From Myxococcota bacterium (GTDB taxonomy: Bacteria; Myxococcota_A; UBA9160; UBA4427), in assembly GCA_029941235.1 (NCBI GenBank), contig JAPYQM010000012.1:7071-55886 (forward strand): a DNA stretch of 48,816 nucleotides, written 5' to 3'. Each line of letters begins with the position of its first letter. Position 1 is the stretch's first letter. A program made the translations under genes and the position numbers. The notes beneath the pieces are model-generated. The model worked only from the letters and a program-made list of their open reading frames with translations, made no database searches and had not been told where the DNA came from. Shown here piece by piece: positions 8,496 through 18,082 of this stretch.

Positions 8496-9833
8496 TCAGG
8501 CCTCCTCTTCGATGCGCACCACAACCGTAGGTGCTTTCACATCTTTGAGTTCATCCACCTGAGCCAGAGCCCGGACCAGCGCCGCTTCATCGGCCCGGTG
8601 GGTGAGAACGATAATGGGCACCGCCGCTTTAGAATCTTGACCGCCCTTCTGCACCACCGATTCGATTCCCACCCCCTGATCGCCGAGAGCACCGGCAATC
8701 CGCGCCAGCACCCCGGGTTCATCGGCGGCGGTAAAGCGCAAATAAAAACGTCCAGCCAACTCGTCCAGACCCACCAAGGGCTTCGGAACCAGGTGGTGGG
8801 GCAGATACGACAGCGGCGCCACCGCCCCAGCGCTCCCCCGTTGAATCTCGCGCGAAATCTCGATCAAGTCGGCGACGACCGCACTCGCCGTCGGCATCTC
8901 CCCCGCACCAGCTCCATAATAGAGAGTCGGGCCCACGGCATCGCCCCGAACCTCGATGGCATTCATGGCCGCATCGACGTTGGCCAGCATGCTACCCACC
9001 GGAACCATGGTGGGGTGCACGCGCGCCTCGATTCGCTCGCCGCCGTCCTCGCGGTGACACTTCGCGATCCCCAGCAGTTTGATCCGGTAGCCAAATTCAC
9101 GGGCGAGTTCAAAATCGATGGGCGTCAGGTTTCGGATTCCTTCGGTGGGGATTCCCTCGTAGGTAAGTTCGGCACCGAAGGCCATCGCGGTCAGAAGCGC
9201 GAGCTTATGGGCGGCGTCAATGCCGTCCACATCGAAGGTCGGATCGGCCTCGGCGTAACCAAGCTCCTGGGCACGTTTTAGCACCACCTCGAAATCTTCT
9301 TCGGTCTCCTCCATTTGAGTCAGCACATAGTTGGTTGTGCCGTTAAGAATCCCCATCACGCTGTCGATGTGGTTGGCGGAGAGTCCCTCCCGAAGGGATC
9401 GCAATATTGGGATACCCCCGCCTACAGCAGCCTCAAAAGCCACATCGACTCCAGCCCCCTCTGCCGCTGCAAAAATTTCCTTGCCGTGCAGGGCCAGCAA
9501 TGCCTTGTTGGCGGTGACCACGGGCTTGCCCGCCGCAACTGCAGCCAGAATGAAACGCTTGGCGACCTCATAGCCACCCACCAACTCGATCACGATGTCA
9601 ACCGCCGGGTCCGCGATCAACCGTTCGGCGTCGGCGTCGAAGCGAATTCCCGTCAGATCGACTCCACGATCGGTCTCGGTATCCAGATCCGCAATCGCCA
9701 CCAAGCGCAGGGGGAAACCCAGTCGCTGCTCGATGACAGCGGCGTTCTGGGCCAACACCTTGACGACTCCAGTACCAATGGTCCCGAAGCCGATCAGCCC
9801 TACACCAATACTCCGTCTGGTCTCTACCGCCAT
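8496..9833 (-). CDS. hom: Homoserine dehydrogenase
   Basis: Rossmann N-terminus [13 protein letters not shown], a catalytic domain and a C-terminal ACT domain. The start ATG at 9833 (MAVETRR) lies 7 nt after the aminotransferase stop. The track's extension to 10157 overlaps the upstream gene. Confidence 0.95.
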   Translation of the reverse strand: MAVETRRSIGVGLIGFGTIGTGVVKVLAQNAAVIEQRLGFPLRLVAIADLDTETDRGVDLTGIRFDADAERLIADPAVDIVIELVGGYEVAKRFILAAVAAGKPVVTANKALLALHGKEIFAAAEGAGVDVAFEAAVGGGIPILRSLREGLSANHIDSVMGILNGTTNYVLTQMEETEEDFEVVLKRAQELGYAEADPTFDVDGIDAAHKLALLTAMAFGAELTYEGIPTEGIRNLTPIDFELAREFGYRIKLLGIAKCHREDGGERIEARVHPTMVPVGSMLANVDAAMNAIEVRGDAVGPTLYYGAGAGEMPTASAVVADLIEISREIQRGSAGAVAPLSYLPHHLVPKPLVGLDELAGRFYLRFTAADEPGVLARIAGALGDQGVGIESVVQKGGQDSKAAVPIIVLTHRADEAALVRALAQVDELKDVKAPTVVVRIEEEA

Positions 9834-9840
9834 CGCCGGT

Positions 9841-11052
9841 CTATGCCTCTCTGGCCTGCTTGAGGAGGCGGCGTATGCCTCGGGCAGCTTGCCGAATCCG
9901 GTTCGTGTTCTCCACCAACGCAAAGCGCACATAGCCCTCGCCGGTCGGACCAAAGCCGATCCCCGGAGAAACGGCAACCTTGGCTTCACGGAGCAACAAT
10001 TTCGAAAACTCGAGCGAACCCAAGGATTCAAATGGGGCTGGGATGGGCGCCCAGACGAACATGGTCGCCAGGGGCTTCTCGATTTCCCAGCACCCCTCAC
10101 CCTCCTGACCGAGTCCCTCGATGAGTACATCCCGGCGCTCACGATAAACCTCGACATTCTCTTCCACGCAGTCCTGGGGTCCGCGCAGGGCCGTGATCGC
10201 GGCGATTTGGATGGCCTGGGGCATTCCGTAGTCCAGGTAGCTCTTGATACGGCGCAGGGCGTGGATCATCTCGGGATTTCCGCAGGCGAAGCCCACCCGC
10301 CATCCCGCCATGGAGTGACTCTTCGACAATGAAATAAACTCGATGGCGATGTCCTTGGCCCCGGGCACCTCGAGAATGCTCGGAGGCTTGCAGCCGTCGA
10401 AGGCCACCTCCGCGTACGCGAAATCGTGGAGCACCATCAGATTGTGAGCCCGCGCGAAATCGACCACCCGCTCGAAGAAGCTCAGATCCACCACGTGGGT
10501 CGTCGGATTCGCGGGAAAGGAAAGAATCAGCATCTTGGGCCGGGGCCACGTGAGGGTCACCGCCTGCTCGAGATTGGCAAAGAAGTCCTCGGTACCGGTC
10601 AGGGGAACCGTTCGCAGATCGCCCCCCGCGATGATCACCGAGTATTGGTGAATGGGATAGGCGGGGTCCGGGACCAACACCACATCCCCCGAACCAATGG
10701 TCATCAAGACAAAATGACTGAGCCCTTCCTTCGCGCCGATCACCGCGATGGCCTCGGTATCCGGATCCAGCTTGACTCCGTGACGTCGGTCATACCACTC
10801 GGTCGCGGCCCGCCGCAGATTCGGGATTCCCTGGGAGGACGAGTAGCGGTGGTTGCGCGGATCACGCGCCGCGTCGACGATTTTCTCCACGACGTGGGGC
10901 GGGGTGGGGAGATCGGGGTTACCCATCCCCAGGTCGACAATGTCCTCGCCTTTGCGGCGAGCGGCCCGAGCCAGATCGGTCACCTCCGACAAGATGTAAG
11001 GCGGCAAGCGATTCAGCTTATTGAAATCATGGCGGGGTCGAATATCAGTCAT
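9841..11052 (-). CDS. Class I/II pyridoxal-phosphate aminotransferase (AlaC/AspC-like)
   Basis: [35 protein letters not shown] and the [17 protein letters not shown]-lysine motif. The start ATG at 11052 (MTDIRP) overlaps the permease TGA by 8 nt. Confidence 0.9.
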   Translation of the reverse strand: MTDIRPRHDFNKLNRLPPYILSEVTDLARAARRKGEDIVDLGMGNPDLPTPPHVVEKIVDAARDPRNHRYSSSQGIPNLRRAATEWYDRRHGVKLDPDTEAIAVIGAKEGLSHFVLMTIGSGDVVLVPDPAYPIHQYSVIIAGGDLRTVPLTGTEDFFANLEQAVTLTWPRPKMLILSFPANPTTHVVDLSFFERVVDFARAHNLMVLHDFAYAEVAFDGCKPPSILEVPGAKDIAIEFISLSKSHSMAGWRVGFACGNPEMIHALRRIKSYLDYGMPQAIQIAAITALRGPQDCVEENVEVYRERRDVLIEGLGQEGEGCWEIEKPLATMFVWAPIPAPFESLGSLEFSKLLLREAKVAVSPGIGFGPTGEGYVRFALVENTNRIRQAARGIRRLLKQAREA

Positions 11053-12484
11053 CGCCAGGCGGCTCCATGTTCTTGTTCGGGTTCTTACTCTGGGGTTGGG
11101 CATATTCGCCCGTTGGCCGACGGCCTGCCACAAAGAACGCGTAGAATGGCAGGCCCGCCGCCAGCATGCCGATGCCCATCAGACATTCCATGGGGCTACC
11201 CACCAGCATCGCTGCTCCGATCCCGAGATTGGCGACGAGGTACAAACCGGGGACCCACGGATAGCCCCAGGCCCGGTATGGGCGGGGCCGATCGGGCTGC
11301 TTAGCGCGCAGTCGATACAGGGCCAGAATATCCGCCACAGTGGCGAGTACGATGGCAAAGACCGTGAAGCCAAGCGCTGCGGGAAAACTCTGGAGAACCA
11401 GAAGAAGCCCAATGGCCACGATGCCCTGAATCACGATCGCCGTCGAGGGCGTTCGAAACGTGGAGTGAACGCGATCCGCACCGCCGATAAAGAGGCCGTC
11501 CAAGCTCATTGCGTAAGCAATCCGGGGCCCTACCAGAACCGTGGCATTCAACGTCCCGAGCACGGAAATCAACACGAAAATCCCCACCAAGGTTCCCGCC
11601 TGTTCGCCGAAGAGGGCGAGGCCCGCCGCCGTCCCGGCGTCCCCGATGCCAGCCAGGGACTCCATGGGCAGCGCGTAGAGGTAGACGGCGTTCACCAGAA
11701 GATAAATCACCGCGCAGATCCCCAAACCGAAGAAGAGCGAGCGCGGCACGTTGCGGCCCGGCGAGCGAATTTCGCTGGCCACATAGATTGAAGCGTTCCA
11801 TCCCAGATAAGTGAAAAGGACCGGCGAGAGCGCCTGACCGAAGCCCACCAGGGTAATCGCACCGGGTTCGGCGACCCCCGAGAGCCGGGCCGAGTCGCCC
11901 GCCCCGCTAAAGGGCCCCAGGACCACAAAGGCCACCAGGGCAAGGATCTTGAACGCCGACGTCAGATTGTTTGCGCGAGCTCCCCAGCGCACCCCGACAT
12001 AGTTGATCCCCGAGGTCGCCGCGGTGACCGCCAGGGCGCAGAGCAATACTGTGCTGCTCTCCCACCCAAAACGTTCGCCGAGCCCCTCGGCGAACGCCGA
12101 CGCCAGAGCCGCGATGGTTCCGGCATAGATCGCGAAGAAGGTGAGCCAGCCGACCAGAAAGCCCGCGATCGGATGAAAGGCTTCCCGAAGATAGACATAG
12201 TCTCCACCCGCACGGGGATACATGGCTCCGAGCTCGGCATTCGCCAGGGCCCCAGCCAGCGAGAGCACCCCCCCCACCGCCCATGCGGCCATGATCCAGC
12301 CCGGTGCGGGAAGCAGCTGGGCGACCTGACCCGGCGTAAAGAAAATTCCGGCCCCAATCACCGACGCCACCACCAGCATGGACGCGTCCAGCAGCGAGAG
12401 TTCGCGCACGAGTTGATCGCGGGGATGGGCTGAACCGGAGCTCTCGGTCACAGCCACGAGCATAGCGGGCAGATTCCAGAGCAT
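11045..12484 (-). CDS. APC-family amino acid permease
   Basis: Polytopic membrane protein ([23 protein letters not shown]). The start was re-picked to ATG at 12484 (MLWNLP). The track extension would run through the divergent gene that starts at 12546. Confidence 0.85.
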   Translation of the reverse strand: MLWNLPAMLVAVTESSGSAHPRDQLVRELSLLDASMLVVASVIGAGIFFTPGQVAQLLPAPGWIMAAWAVGGVLSLAGALANAELGAMYPRAGGDYVYLREAFHPIAGFLVGWLTFFAIYAGTIAALASAFAEGLGERFGWESSTVLLCALAVTAATSGINYVGVRWGARANNLTSAFKILALVAFVVLGPFSGAGDSARLSGVAEPGAITLVGFGQALSPVLFTYLGWNASIYVASEIRSPGRNVPRSLFFGLGICAVIYLLVNAVYLYALPMESLAGIGDAGTAAGLALFGEQAGTLVGIFVLISVLGTLNATVLVGPRIAYAMSLDGLFIGGADRVHSTFRTPSTAIVIQGIVAIGLLLVLQSFPAALGFTVFAIVLATVADILALYRLRAKQPDRPRPYRAWGYPWVPGLYLVANLGIGAAMLVGSPMECLMGIGMLAAGLPFYAFFVAGRRPTGEYAQPQSKNPNKNMEPPGDD

Positions 12485-12545
12485 TGAATCTCGCGAAGGG
12501 TATCGTTGGGCTTCGCCGAACGGATGATCTATACCACGCCGACCG

Positions 12546-13325
12546 ATGGAGTTGACAGACTTCCCCTTTGGCGATCTCGACCCTGGGCGGGTCGGCATTC
12601 TCGCGGTGGCCGCGCTGCTCACCTCGATCCTTTCGGCCATTGTGGGTATGGGGGGTGGCATCACGCTCCTCGCCATACTGCTCTTGTTCCTCGATCCATT
12701 GGTCGCGATTCCCCTCCATGCCACAGTGCAAATGGTCTCCAACGGAACGCGCGCCGTGGCCCAGCGCCATCATGTGGAATGGGGAATCCTGTGGCGCTAC
12801 GCCCTGCCCCTACTGCCTTTGGGCTGGCTGAGTTTGCAACTCGCCCAGGAAATCCCCCCCGAAGCGGCTCGGATGCTGATCGGCGGATTCGCTCTCGTGG
12901 CCATGTGGCGTCCGACCTGGATCCTGCTGGGAACGCGCCCGGGAGAGACCAACCCCAAACTTCGTTTCCTGGGTCTCGGAGCCGCGGTTGGCGTGCTCAA
13001 TATCACGGTGGGGGCGACGGGGCCGCTGATCGCGCCCTTTTTCCTCAACTTGGGGCTGACACGCTTCGCAATCATCGGCACCAAGGCGGCCTGCCAACTG
13101 GCCGCCCATGCAGTCAAAATCGGCGTTTTCGGCCTTGCGGGGTTCGCCTTTCCCGCGTGGGCGGGATTGCTCGGGGTTTTATCCCTTTGTGTCATCGCGG
13201 GCACGGCCGTGGGGACCCGAATTCTGGCGAAGGTCAGTGAGAGGTTCTTTCTCCGGCTCTACCAGATTGTGCTGACCGGAGTCGCGGGGTATCTGGTCCT
13301 CCGGTACGGCTGGCTGGCGCTCTGA
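12546..13325 (+). CDS. TauE/SafE (DUF81) family anion exporter
   Basis: 259-aa multi-TM protein with the GMGGG motif and an internal two-fold repeat typical of the family. Confidence 0.85.
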   Translation: MELTDFPFGDLDPGRVGILAVAALLTSILSAIVGMGGGITLLAILLLFLDPLVAIPLHATVQMVSNGTRAVAQRHHVEWGILWRYALPLLPLGWLSLQLAQEIPPEAARMLIGGFALVAMWRPTWILLGTRPGETNPKLRFLGLGAAVGVLNITVGATGPLIAPFFLNLGLTRFAIIGTKAACQLAAHAVKIGVFGLAGFAFPAWAGLLGVLSLCVIAGTAVGTRILAKVSERFFLRLYQIVLTGVAGYLVLRYGWLAL

Positions 13326-13710
13326 GCGCTTTCGAACGACCACTGGCGGACCCAAACTGCAACTCGCCCAAAAAACAGGGCGAATCGGTTGCCGGAAAAC
13401 CTCCGAGTCGCTAAATCACATCCGCAACACTCTCTTGACGACCGGCCACGCCCCTCAGCCCGGGCAGGCGCCAACAACGAGCCTTTATGGTGGTAAAAAC
13501 CCACGATTAGTCATCTCTGCCGCCACGGCATCGGAGACAGCACGGGGGAGGCTTTTGAGAGAGCGAGGGTCGCTGCCCGGTAGGAGCCCGAGCGGGCGGC
13601 GCTAGCGAGGCCGCTGCGCGAAGGCTCGACGAGAAACGCCGATGACCGCGAAAGACACACGGGCCCCTCAAGCCGAATCGATCCAAAAACAAGCACACAC
13701 AAAGTAGAGG

Positions 13711-15816
13711 ATGGAATTGATGAACGAGCTACTGGACCAACTCACGCTAGCGCCCCTCGGGGCGGGGGTCCTCGGTTTGGCCCTTGCGGTTTTTTTCTAC
13801 ATCCGGGTCAAATCGCTTCCGGAAGGCACGGAAACCATGAACCTGATCGCGAAATATATCCGCGAAGGCGCCATGGCGTTCCTCTCCCGCGAGTACAAAG
13901 TGCTCGCGGGCTACACCGTGGCGGTGTTCGGCTTGCTTTATCTCGCCTTTCGCTCGGAGGGTACCGGCATTCTGGCCGGACTTTGCTTCGTCCTGGGGGC
14001 ATTTCTCTCATTGGGGTCGGGCTTCGCGGGCATGAAAGCCGCCACGTACGCCAATGTGCGCACGAGCCAAGCGGCCCGAATGGGCTCCAAACCCGACGCG
14101 CTGCTCACCGCCCTCGACGGCGGAGCCGTCATGGGGCTTTGCGTTGCCGCCACCGCGCTCCTGGGCCTGGGCGGTCTCTACTACTTCTTCCGCGAAGACC
14201 CCCACCTGGGAACCGTCCTGCACAGCTTCGCGGTGGGCGCGTCCTCCATTGCGCTCTTCGCCCGGATCGGCGGCGGCATCTACACCAAGGCCGCCGACGT
14301 GGGTTCGGACATCGCGGGCAAGGTCGTCGAGGGCATTCCCGAAGACGATCCCCGCAACCCGGGCGGTATCGCGGACAACGTGGGGGACAACGTGGGCGAT
14401 GTCGCCGGCATGGGGGCGGACATCTATGAGTCCCTGGTGGCCGCCATCGTAGCCGCCATGGCGATCGCCTTGACGGCCCGGCCCGAATACATCCAAACCC
14501 TCTTTACGAATGGTCTGCGCGGCCACGACGCCACGATGTTGGCCGTCACCCTACCCGTCTTCCTCTCCGGATTGGGCCTGCTGGTGAGTATGGTCTGCAT
14601 TTTCATCGCGCGCAGTTTGCGCCAGAACAGCCCCGCAATGGTGCTGCGAGCCGCACTGATCGTTCCCTCCTTGATCATTTGTGTCGTGGCCTTCATCGCC
14701 ATGCCCATGCTGGGAGTCAGCCAGTCCGTCACCTACGCACTGGCGGCGGGCGCCATTGGGGGCGCCTTGATCGGTCTCATCACCGAGTACTACACCGCCT
14801 GGGGGCCCATCGAGAAAGTCGCTGAAGCGTCGAAGACCGGCGCCGGAACCGGGATCATCAGCGGGCTGGCAGTCGGCATGGAGAGCACGGTGGTTTCTCT
14901 CCTCATCGTGGCCGGAGTGGGCTTCGTCGCCAATGCCGTCATGCCCGAGGGCATGGGGCTCTACGGCATTGCCATGAGCGCCGTGGGAATGCTGGCCGGC
15001 ACCGCCATCGTGATGACCGTCGACGCCTACGGGCCCATCGCGGACAACGCCGGGGGCATCAGCGAAATGAGTTCTCTTGGCCCCGAGGTGCGGGCGATCA
15101 CCGATGAACTCGATGCCGTGGGCAACACCACCGCGGCCATCGGCAAGGGCTTCGCCATCGGGTCGGCCACATTGACGGTGCTGAGCCTTTTTTCCGCTTT
15201 CATTCTCGAGGTCAACCACAAGCGCATGGAGGGGGGCATGGAGTCGCTCATCCTCCAACTCGACGATGCTCAAATTCTGATCGGACTTCTCATCGGCGCG
15301 TGCCTCCCCTACGCGGTGGGGGCCAGCACCATGATCGCCGTGGGCAAGGCCGCCCAAGCGATCATCGAGGAAATCATTCGGCAATTCAACGAGATCCCTG
15401 GCCTGCGGGAAGGCAAAGCCGAGCCCGAGGGCAAGGTGATCGTCGACATCGCGACCAAGGCCGCTCTGGCCCAGATGATTCTGCCGGGTACCGTGGCCAT
15501 TGCGGCCCCGGTCACCGTGGGCTTTCTCTTGGGGCCGGCTTCGCTGGCCGGCATGCTTGCGGGGGCCGTCGCGGTGGGCGCGTCGCTCTCGCTCTTCATG
15601 GCCAATGCGGGCGGGGCCTGGGACAACGCCAAGAAGCACATCGAAGCGGGTGGCCTCCCCGGTCACCCCAAGGGCTCGGAAGCCCACAAAGCCTCGGTGA
15701 TCGGCGATACCGTCGGTGATCCCTTCAAGGATACGTCGGGTCCCGGCGTCGCGATTCTCATCAAGGTAATGAGTGTTGTCAGCCTGCTGATCGCTCCCCT
15801 AATCGCCACACTCTGA
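13711..15816 (+). CDS. hppA: Membrane-bound ion-translocating pyrophosphatase, K+-dependent type
   Basis: 701 aa with [22 protein letters not shown] and [11 protein letters not shown] motifs. [10 protein letters not shown] carries Ala, not Lys, which is the K+-dependent signature. An alternative start is ATG at 13720, with GAGGA 9 nt upstream. Confidence 0.95.
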   Translation: MELMNELLDQLTLAPLGAGVLGLALAVFFYIRVKSLPEGTETMNLIAKYIREGAMAFLSREYKVLAGYTVAVFGLLYLAFRSEGTGILAGLCFVLGAFLSLGSGFAGMKAATYANVRTSQAARMGSKPDALLTALDGGAVMGLCVAATALLGLGGLYYFFREDPHLGTVLHSFAVGASSIALFARIGGGIYTKAADVGSDIAGKVVEGIPEDDPRNPGGIADNVGDNVGDVAGMGADIYESLVAAIVAAMAIALTARPEYIQTLFTNGLRGHDATMLAVTLPVFLSGLGLLVSMVCIFIARSLRQNSPAMVLRAALIVPSLIICVVAFIAMPMLGVSQSVTYALAAGAIGGALIGLITEYYTAWGPIEKVAEASKTGAGTGIISGLAVGMESTVVSLLIVAGVGFVANAVMPEGMGLYGIAMSAVGMLAGTAIVMTVDAYGPIADNAGGISEMSSLGPEVRAITDELDAVGNTTAAIGKGFAIGSATLTVLSLFSAFILEVNHKRMEGGMESLILQLDDAQILIGLLIGACLPYAVGASTMIAVGKAAQAIIEEIIRQFNEIPGLREGKAEPEGKVIVDIATKAALAQMILPGTVAIAAPVTVGFLLGPASLAGMLAGAVAVGASLSLFMANAGGAWDNAKKHIEAGGLPGHPKGSEAHKASVIGDTVGDPFKDTSGPGVAILIKVMSVVSLLIAPLIATL

Positions 15817-15850
15817 TTCAGGGGAGACCGATTCAGGGGGAGACCCCAGG

Positions 15851-15903
15851 AAAAGCCCTGGCCCGAGCTCGGATGAGCAGGACCAGGGCTTTTCTTTATT
15901 TTG
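15851..15903. terminator. Bidirectional Rho-independent terminator between convergent hppA and leuA
   Basis: AAAAGCCCTGG-loop-CCAGGGCTTTTCTTTATTTT. The stem is flanked by an A-run and a T-run, so it can work on both strands. Confidence 0.7.
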
Positions 15904-15928
15904 GCGCCGCCGCGCAGTTGCGCCAGAT

Positions 15929-17710
15929 TTAGCGAGCCGGGGCTTCGCCGGACGCCGCCGAGCCCGCCCGTTCGAGTCCGGCGCTTCCCACTTGCGAACG
16001 ATTGACCGCCGAGACTACGGCCTCCAGGGAAGCCACTATGCTGCTCGGGTGTCGCCCCGCCCCGAAGTAGCTCCGGCCGCTGTTATCGGAAACCTCCACG
16101 TACGCCGCCGCAACAGCATCGGATCCCGACCCCAGGGCGTGCTCCCAATAGTCGGTCAAGGTAAGAGTCAGACCGAAACGCGTGCAGAGCGCAGTGAACA
16201 TCGCATCGATGGGGCCGTTGCCCTTGCCTTCCAGCACGTGTCGAACACCCTTGTAGAACGCCTCACCCTCCAAGTGATACGCTGGCCCCGAGATCGCTTC
16301 GAGCCGACACGCGTCCACCGCGCAGCCGATGGGCTCGCGCCATGCGAGGTACTCGGACTCGAAGAGCCGGCGAATGCCCTCGGATCCCACTTCGCCCCCG
16401 GTCGCTTCCGCCGCTTGCTGAACTCGGAATTGGAAGTCGACCTGCATCGACCGAGGAATCGAGTAGCCGTGATCCCGCTCGAGTACGAACGCGACGCCGC
16501 CCTTTCCCGACTGGCTATTGACCCGAACCAGACCGTCGTAGCTCCGGCCGACGTGGGCCGGGTCCATGGGGAGATAGGGAACCTGCCAGAGTCCCTCGGG
16601 ATCGGCTTGGCACACCGCCAGTCCCTTTTTGATGGCATCCTGATGAGAGCCCGAGAAAGCCGTAAACACCAGTTCCCCCGCATAGGGATGGCGCGGGTGC
16701 ACGGGCATCCCCGTACAGCTTTCGAACAGTTCCACCAGCGAGTCAATTTCCCCAAAGTCGAGTTCGGGATCAATGCCCTGGGTAAAGAGATTGAGGGCCA
16801 GGGTAACGATGTCCACGTTCCCGGTTCGCTCCCCATTGCCAAAGAGCGTTCCCTCGAGCCTCTGGGCACCCGCCATCAAGGCGAGTTCCGCTGCCGCCAC
16901 TGCGGTCCCCCGATCGTTGTGCGGGTGAACGCTGAGGACCAGCTTCTCGCGGTCACGCACGTGACGCCCGAAATACTCGATCTGATCGGCGTAGACGTTG
17001 GGGGTGGCCATCTCCACAGTCGCCGGCAGATTCACGATCAGGGGGTCTTCGGCACTTGGCGCCCATTCGTCGGCGACGGCTTCGCAGATCTCGAGGGCAA
17101 AGTCCAATTCCGTCCCGGTGAAGCTCTCCGGGGAGTACTCCAGGGTGATCGGCGTCTCGGGCATTCGGGCCGCCCGCTCACGGATCAGCCCCGCACCACG
17201 ACGGGCGATCTCCATCACCCCGGCGCGGTCCTCACCGAAGACTACCCGACGCTGAAGCGTAGAGGTCGAGTTGTAGAGGTGCACGATGGCGCGGGGGGCG
17301 CCCTTCAGTGCATCGAGTGTGGGGTGGATCAGATCGGCCCGAGCCTGGGTGAGAACTTGAATCGTCACCGCTTGGGGGATCGCCTCCTCCTCGATCAATT
17401 CGCGCAGGAAGTCGTGCTCGGCGCGCGCCGCCGCGGGAAATCCGACCTCGATTTCCCTGAACCCCGTGGCCACCAGAGCGTCGAAAAACCGACGCTTGCG
17501 ACGGGGCCCCATGGGTTCGACCAAGGCTTGGTTGCCATCGCGGAGATCGACGCTGCACCAACGGGGAGCCCCCGTGAGGGATCGATCCGGCCATCGGCGA
17601 TCGGGCAAGGGTACCGGCGCATAGGGGCGATAGGCGTCCGTGCGCATGCCCGGAACAGCGGGCTTGCCGGCACGGGGCTCGGCACTCGACTCGGGTTGGG
17701 AACTTGACAT
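15929..17710 (-). CDS. leuA: 2-isopropylmalate synthase (long, actinobacterial-type LeuA)
   Basis: [21 protein letters not shown] and the C-terminal LeuA dimerisation/regulatory domain. The start ATG at 17710 is preceded by GGAGGAGAGAGAG. Confidence 0.95.
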   Translation of the reverse strand: MSSSQPESSAEPRAGKPAVPGMRTDAYRPYAPVPLPDRRWPDRSLTGAPRWCSVDLRDGNQALVEPMGPRRKRRFFDALVATGFREIEVGFPAAARAEHDFLRELIEEEAIPQAVTIQVLTQARADLIHPTLDALKGAPRAIVHLYNSTSTLQRRVVFGEDRAGVMEIARRGAGLIRERAARMPETPITLEYSPESFTGTELDFALEICEAVADEWAPSAEDPLIVNLPATVEMATPNVYADQIEYFGRHVRDREKLVLSVHPHNDRGTAVAAAELALMAGAQRLEGTLFGNGERTGNVDIVTLALNLFTQGIDPELDFGEIDSLVELFESCTGMPVHPRHPYAGELVFTAFSGSHQDAIKKGLAVCQADPEGLWQVPYLPMDPAHVGRSYDGLVRVNSQSGKGGVAFVLERDHGYSIPRSMQVDFQFRVQQAAEATGGEVGSEGIRRLFESEYLAWREPIGCAVDACRLEAISGPAYHLEGEAFYKGVRHVLEGKGNGPIDAMFTALCTRFGLTLTLTDYWEHALGSGSDAVAAAYVEVSDNSGRSYFGAGRHPSSIVASLEAVVSAVNRSQVGSAGLERAGSAASGEAPAR

Positions 17711-17843
17711 CTCTCTCTCCTCCGGACTCACCATGGCAAACACTCTTCCGCACGATGGACCGGAGAAACTCGAGGTGCTTTTGGGTATCGACCCTTTAGC
17801 GTCTTGGCGTCTTGGCGTCGGACCCCGAGCATGGCGAACGGGC

Positions 17844-17893
17844 TCCAAAGCGCGAAGCCCCCTCCGGCCTTTCGGCGGGAGAGGGCTTCGCGC
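17844..17893 (-). terminator. Candidate attenuator terminator in the leuA leader
   Basis: The minus strand reads GCGCGAAGCCCTCTCCCGCC-GAAA-GGCCGGAGGGGGCTTCGCGC followed by TTTGG. The stems are 11+4+3 bp. It lies 134 nt upstream of the leuA ATG. Confidence 0.55.
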
Positions 17894-17950
17894 TTGTTGA
17901 GTCCGTTTCAGGGGCTTTGGTCTTTCGAACTCAAAGCCTTTGGACCGGCG

Positions 17951-18022
17951 CTACACCTCCCCCGCCCTGCTAAGCAGCAGGAGGGATAGAAGGCGAAGCT
18001 TTCGGTCGGGTTGCGAACACAT
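17951..18022 (-). CDS. Leucine-rich leader peptide (leuL-like) of leuA
   Basis: Hand translation of the minus strand gives MCSQPDRKLRLLSLLLLSRAGEV*. There are 7 Leu in 9 codons, 4 of them consecutive. It sits between the recG stop and the leuA attenuator hairpin. Confidence 0.6.
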   Translation of the reverse strand: MCSQPDRKLRLLSLLLLSRAGEV

Positions 18023-18082
18023 GGTACCTAACACTTACAGGAAATCGGAGTAGCCGTCAAACAGACTCTGCCGGGGGGCGCT

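Noticed and set aside
7232-8530. Long antisense ORFs opposite well-supported genes. Examples are 7232..8530(+), 14551..15687(-), 15992..17707(+), 19316..20605(+), 22363..23439(+) and 40908..42155(+).
   Set aside because: These are typical stop-codon-poor shadow frames of a high-GC genome. Their compositions are Arg/Gly/Pro-rich and unlike real proteins. Each lies entirely opposite a gene with clear family motifs, and 40908..42155 even spans four ribosomal or secY genes.
8496-10157. N-terminal extensions in the ORF track for hom, the permease (to 12742), carA (to 25212), the SPOR protein (to 32583), rpsD (to 37484), rpsE (to 42268), thrC (to 8524), the protease (to 7233) and leuA (to 17848).
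   Set aside because: The extensions overlap the preceding gene and carry nonsense-like sequence. Conserved family N-termini with good SD sequences start at internal ATG, GTG or TTG codons immediately after the upstream stop.
15968-15985. CCGTTCGAGTCCGGCG, resembling a tRNA T-arm (GTTCGAGTC).
   Set aside because: It lies inside the leuA coding frame. The flanking bases do not form a T-stem or an acceptor stem, and no D-arm or anticodon arm can be drawn.
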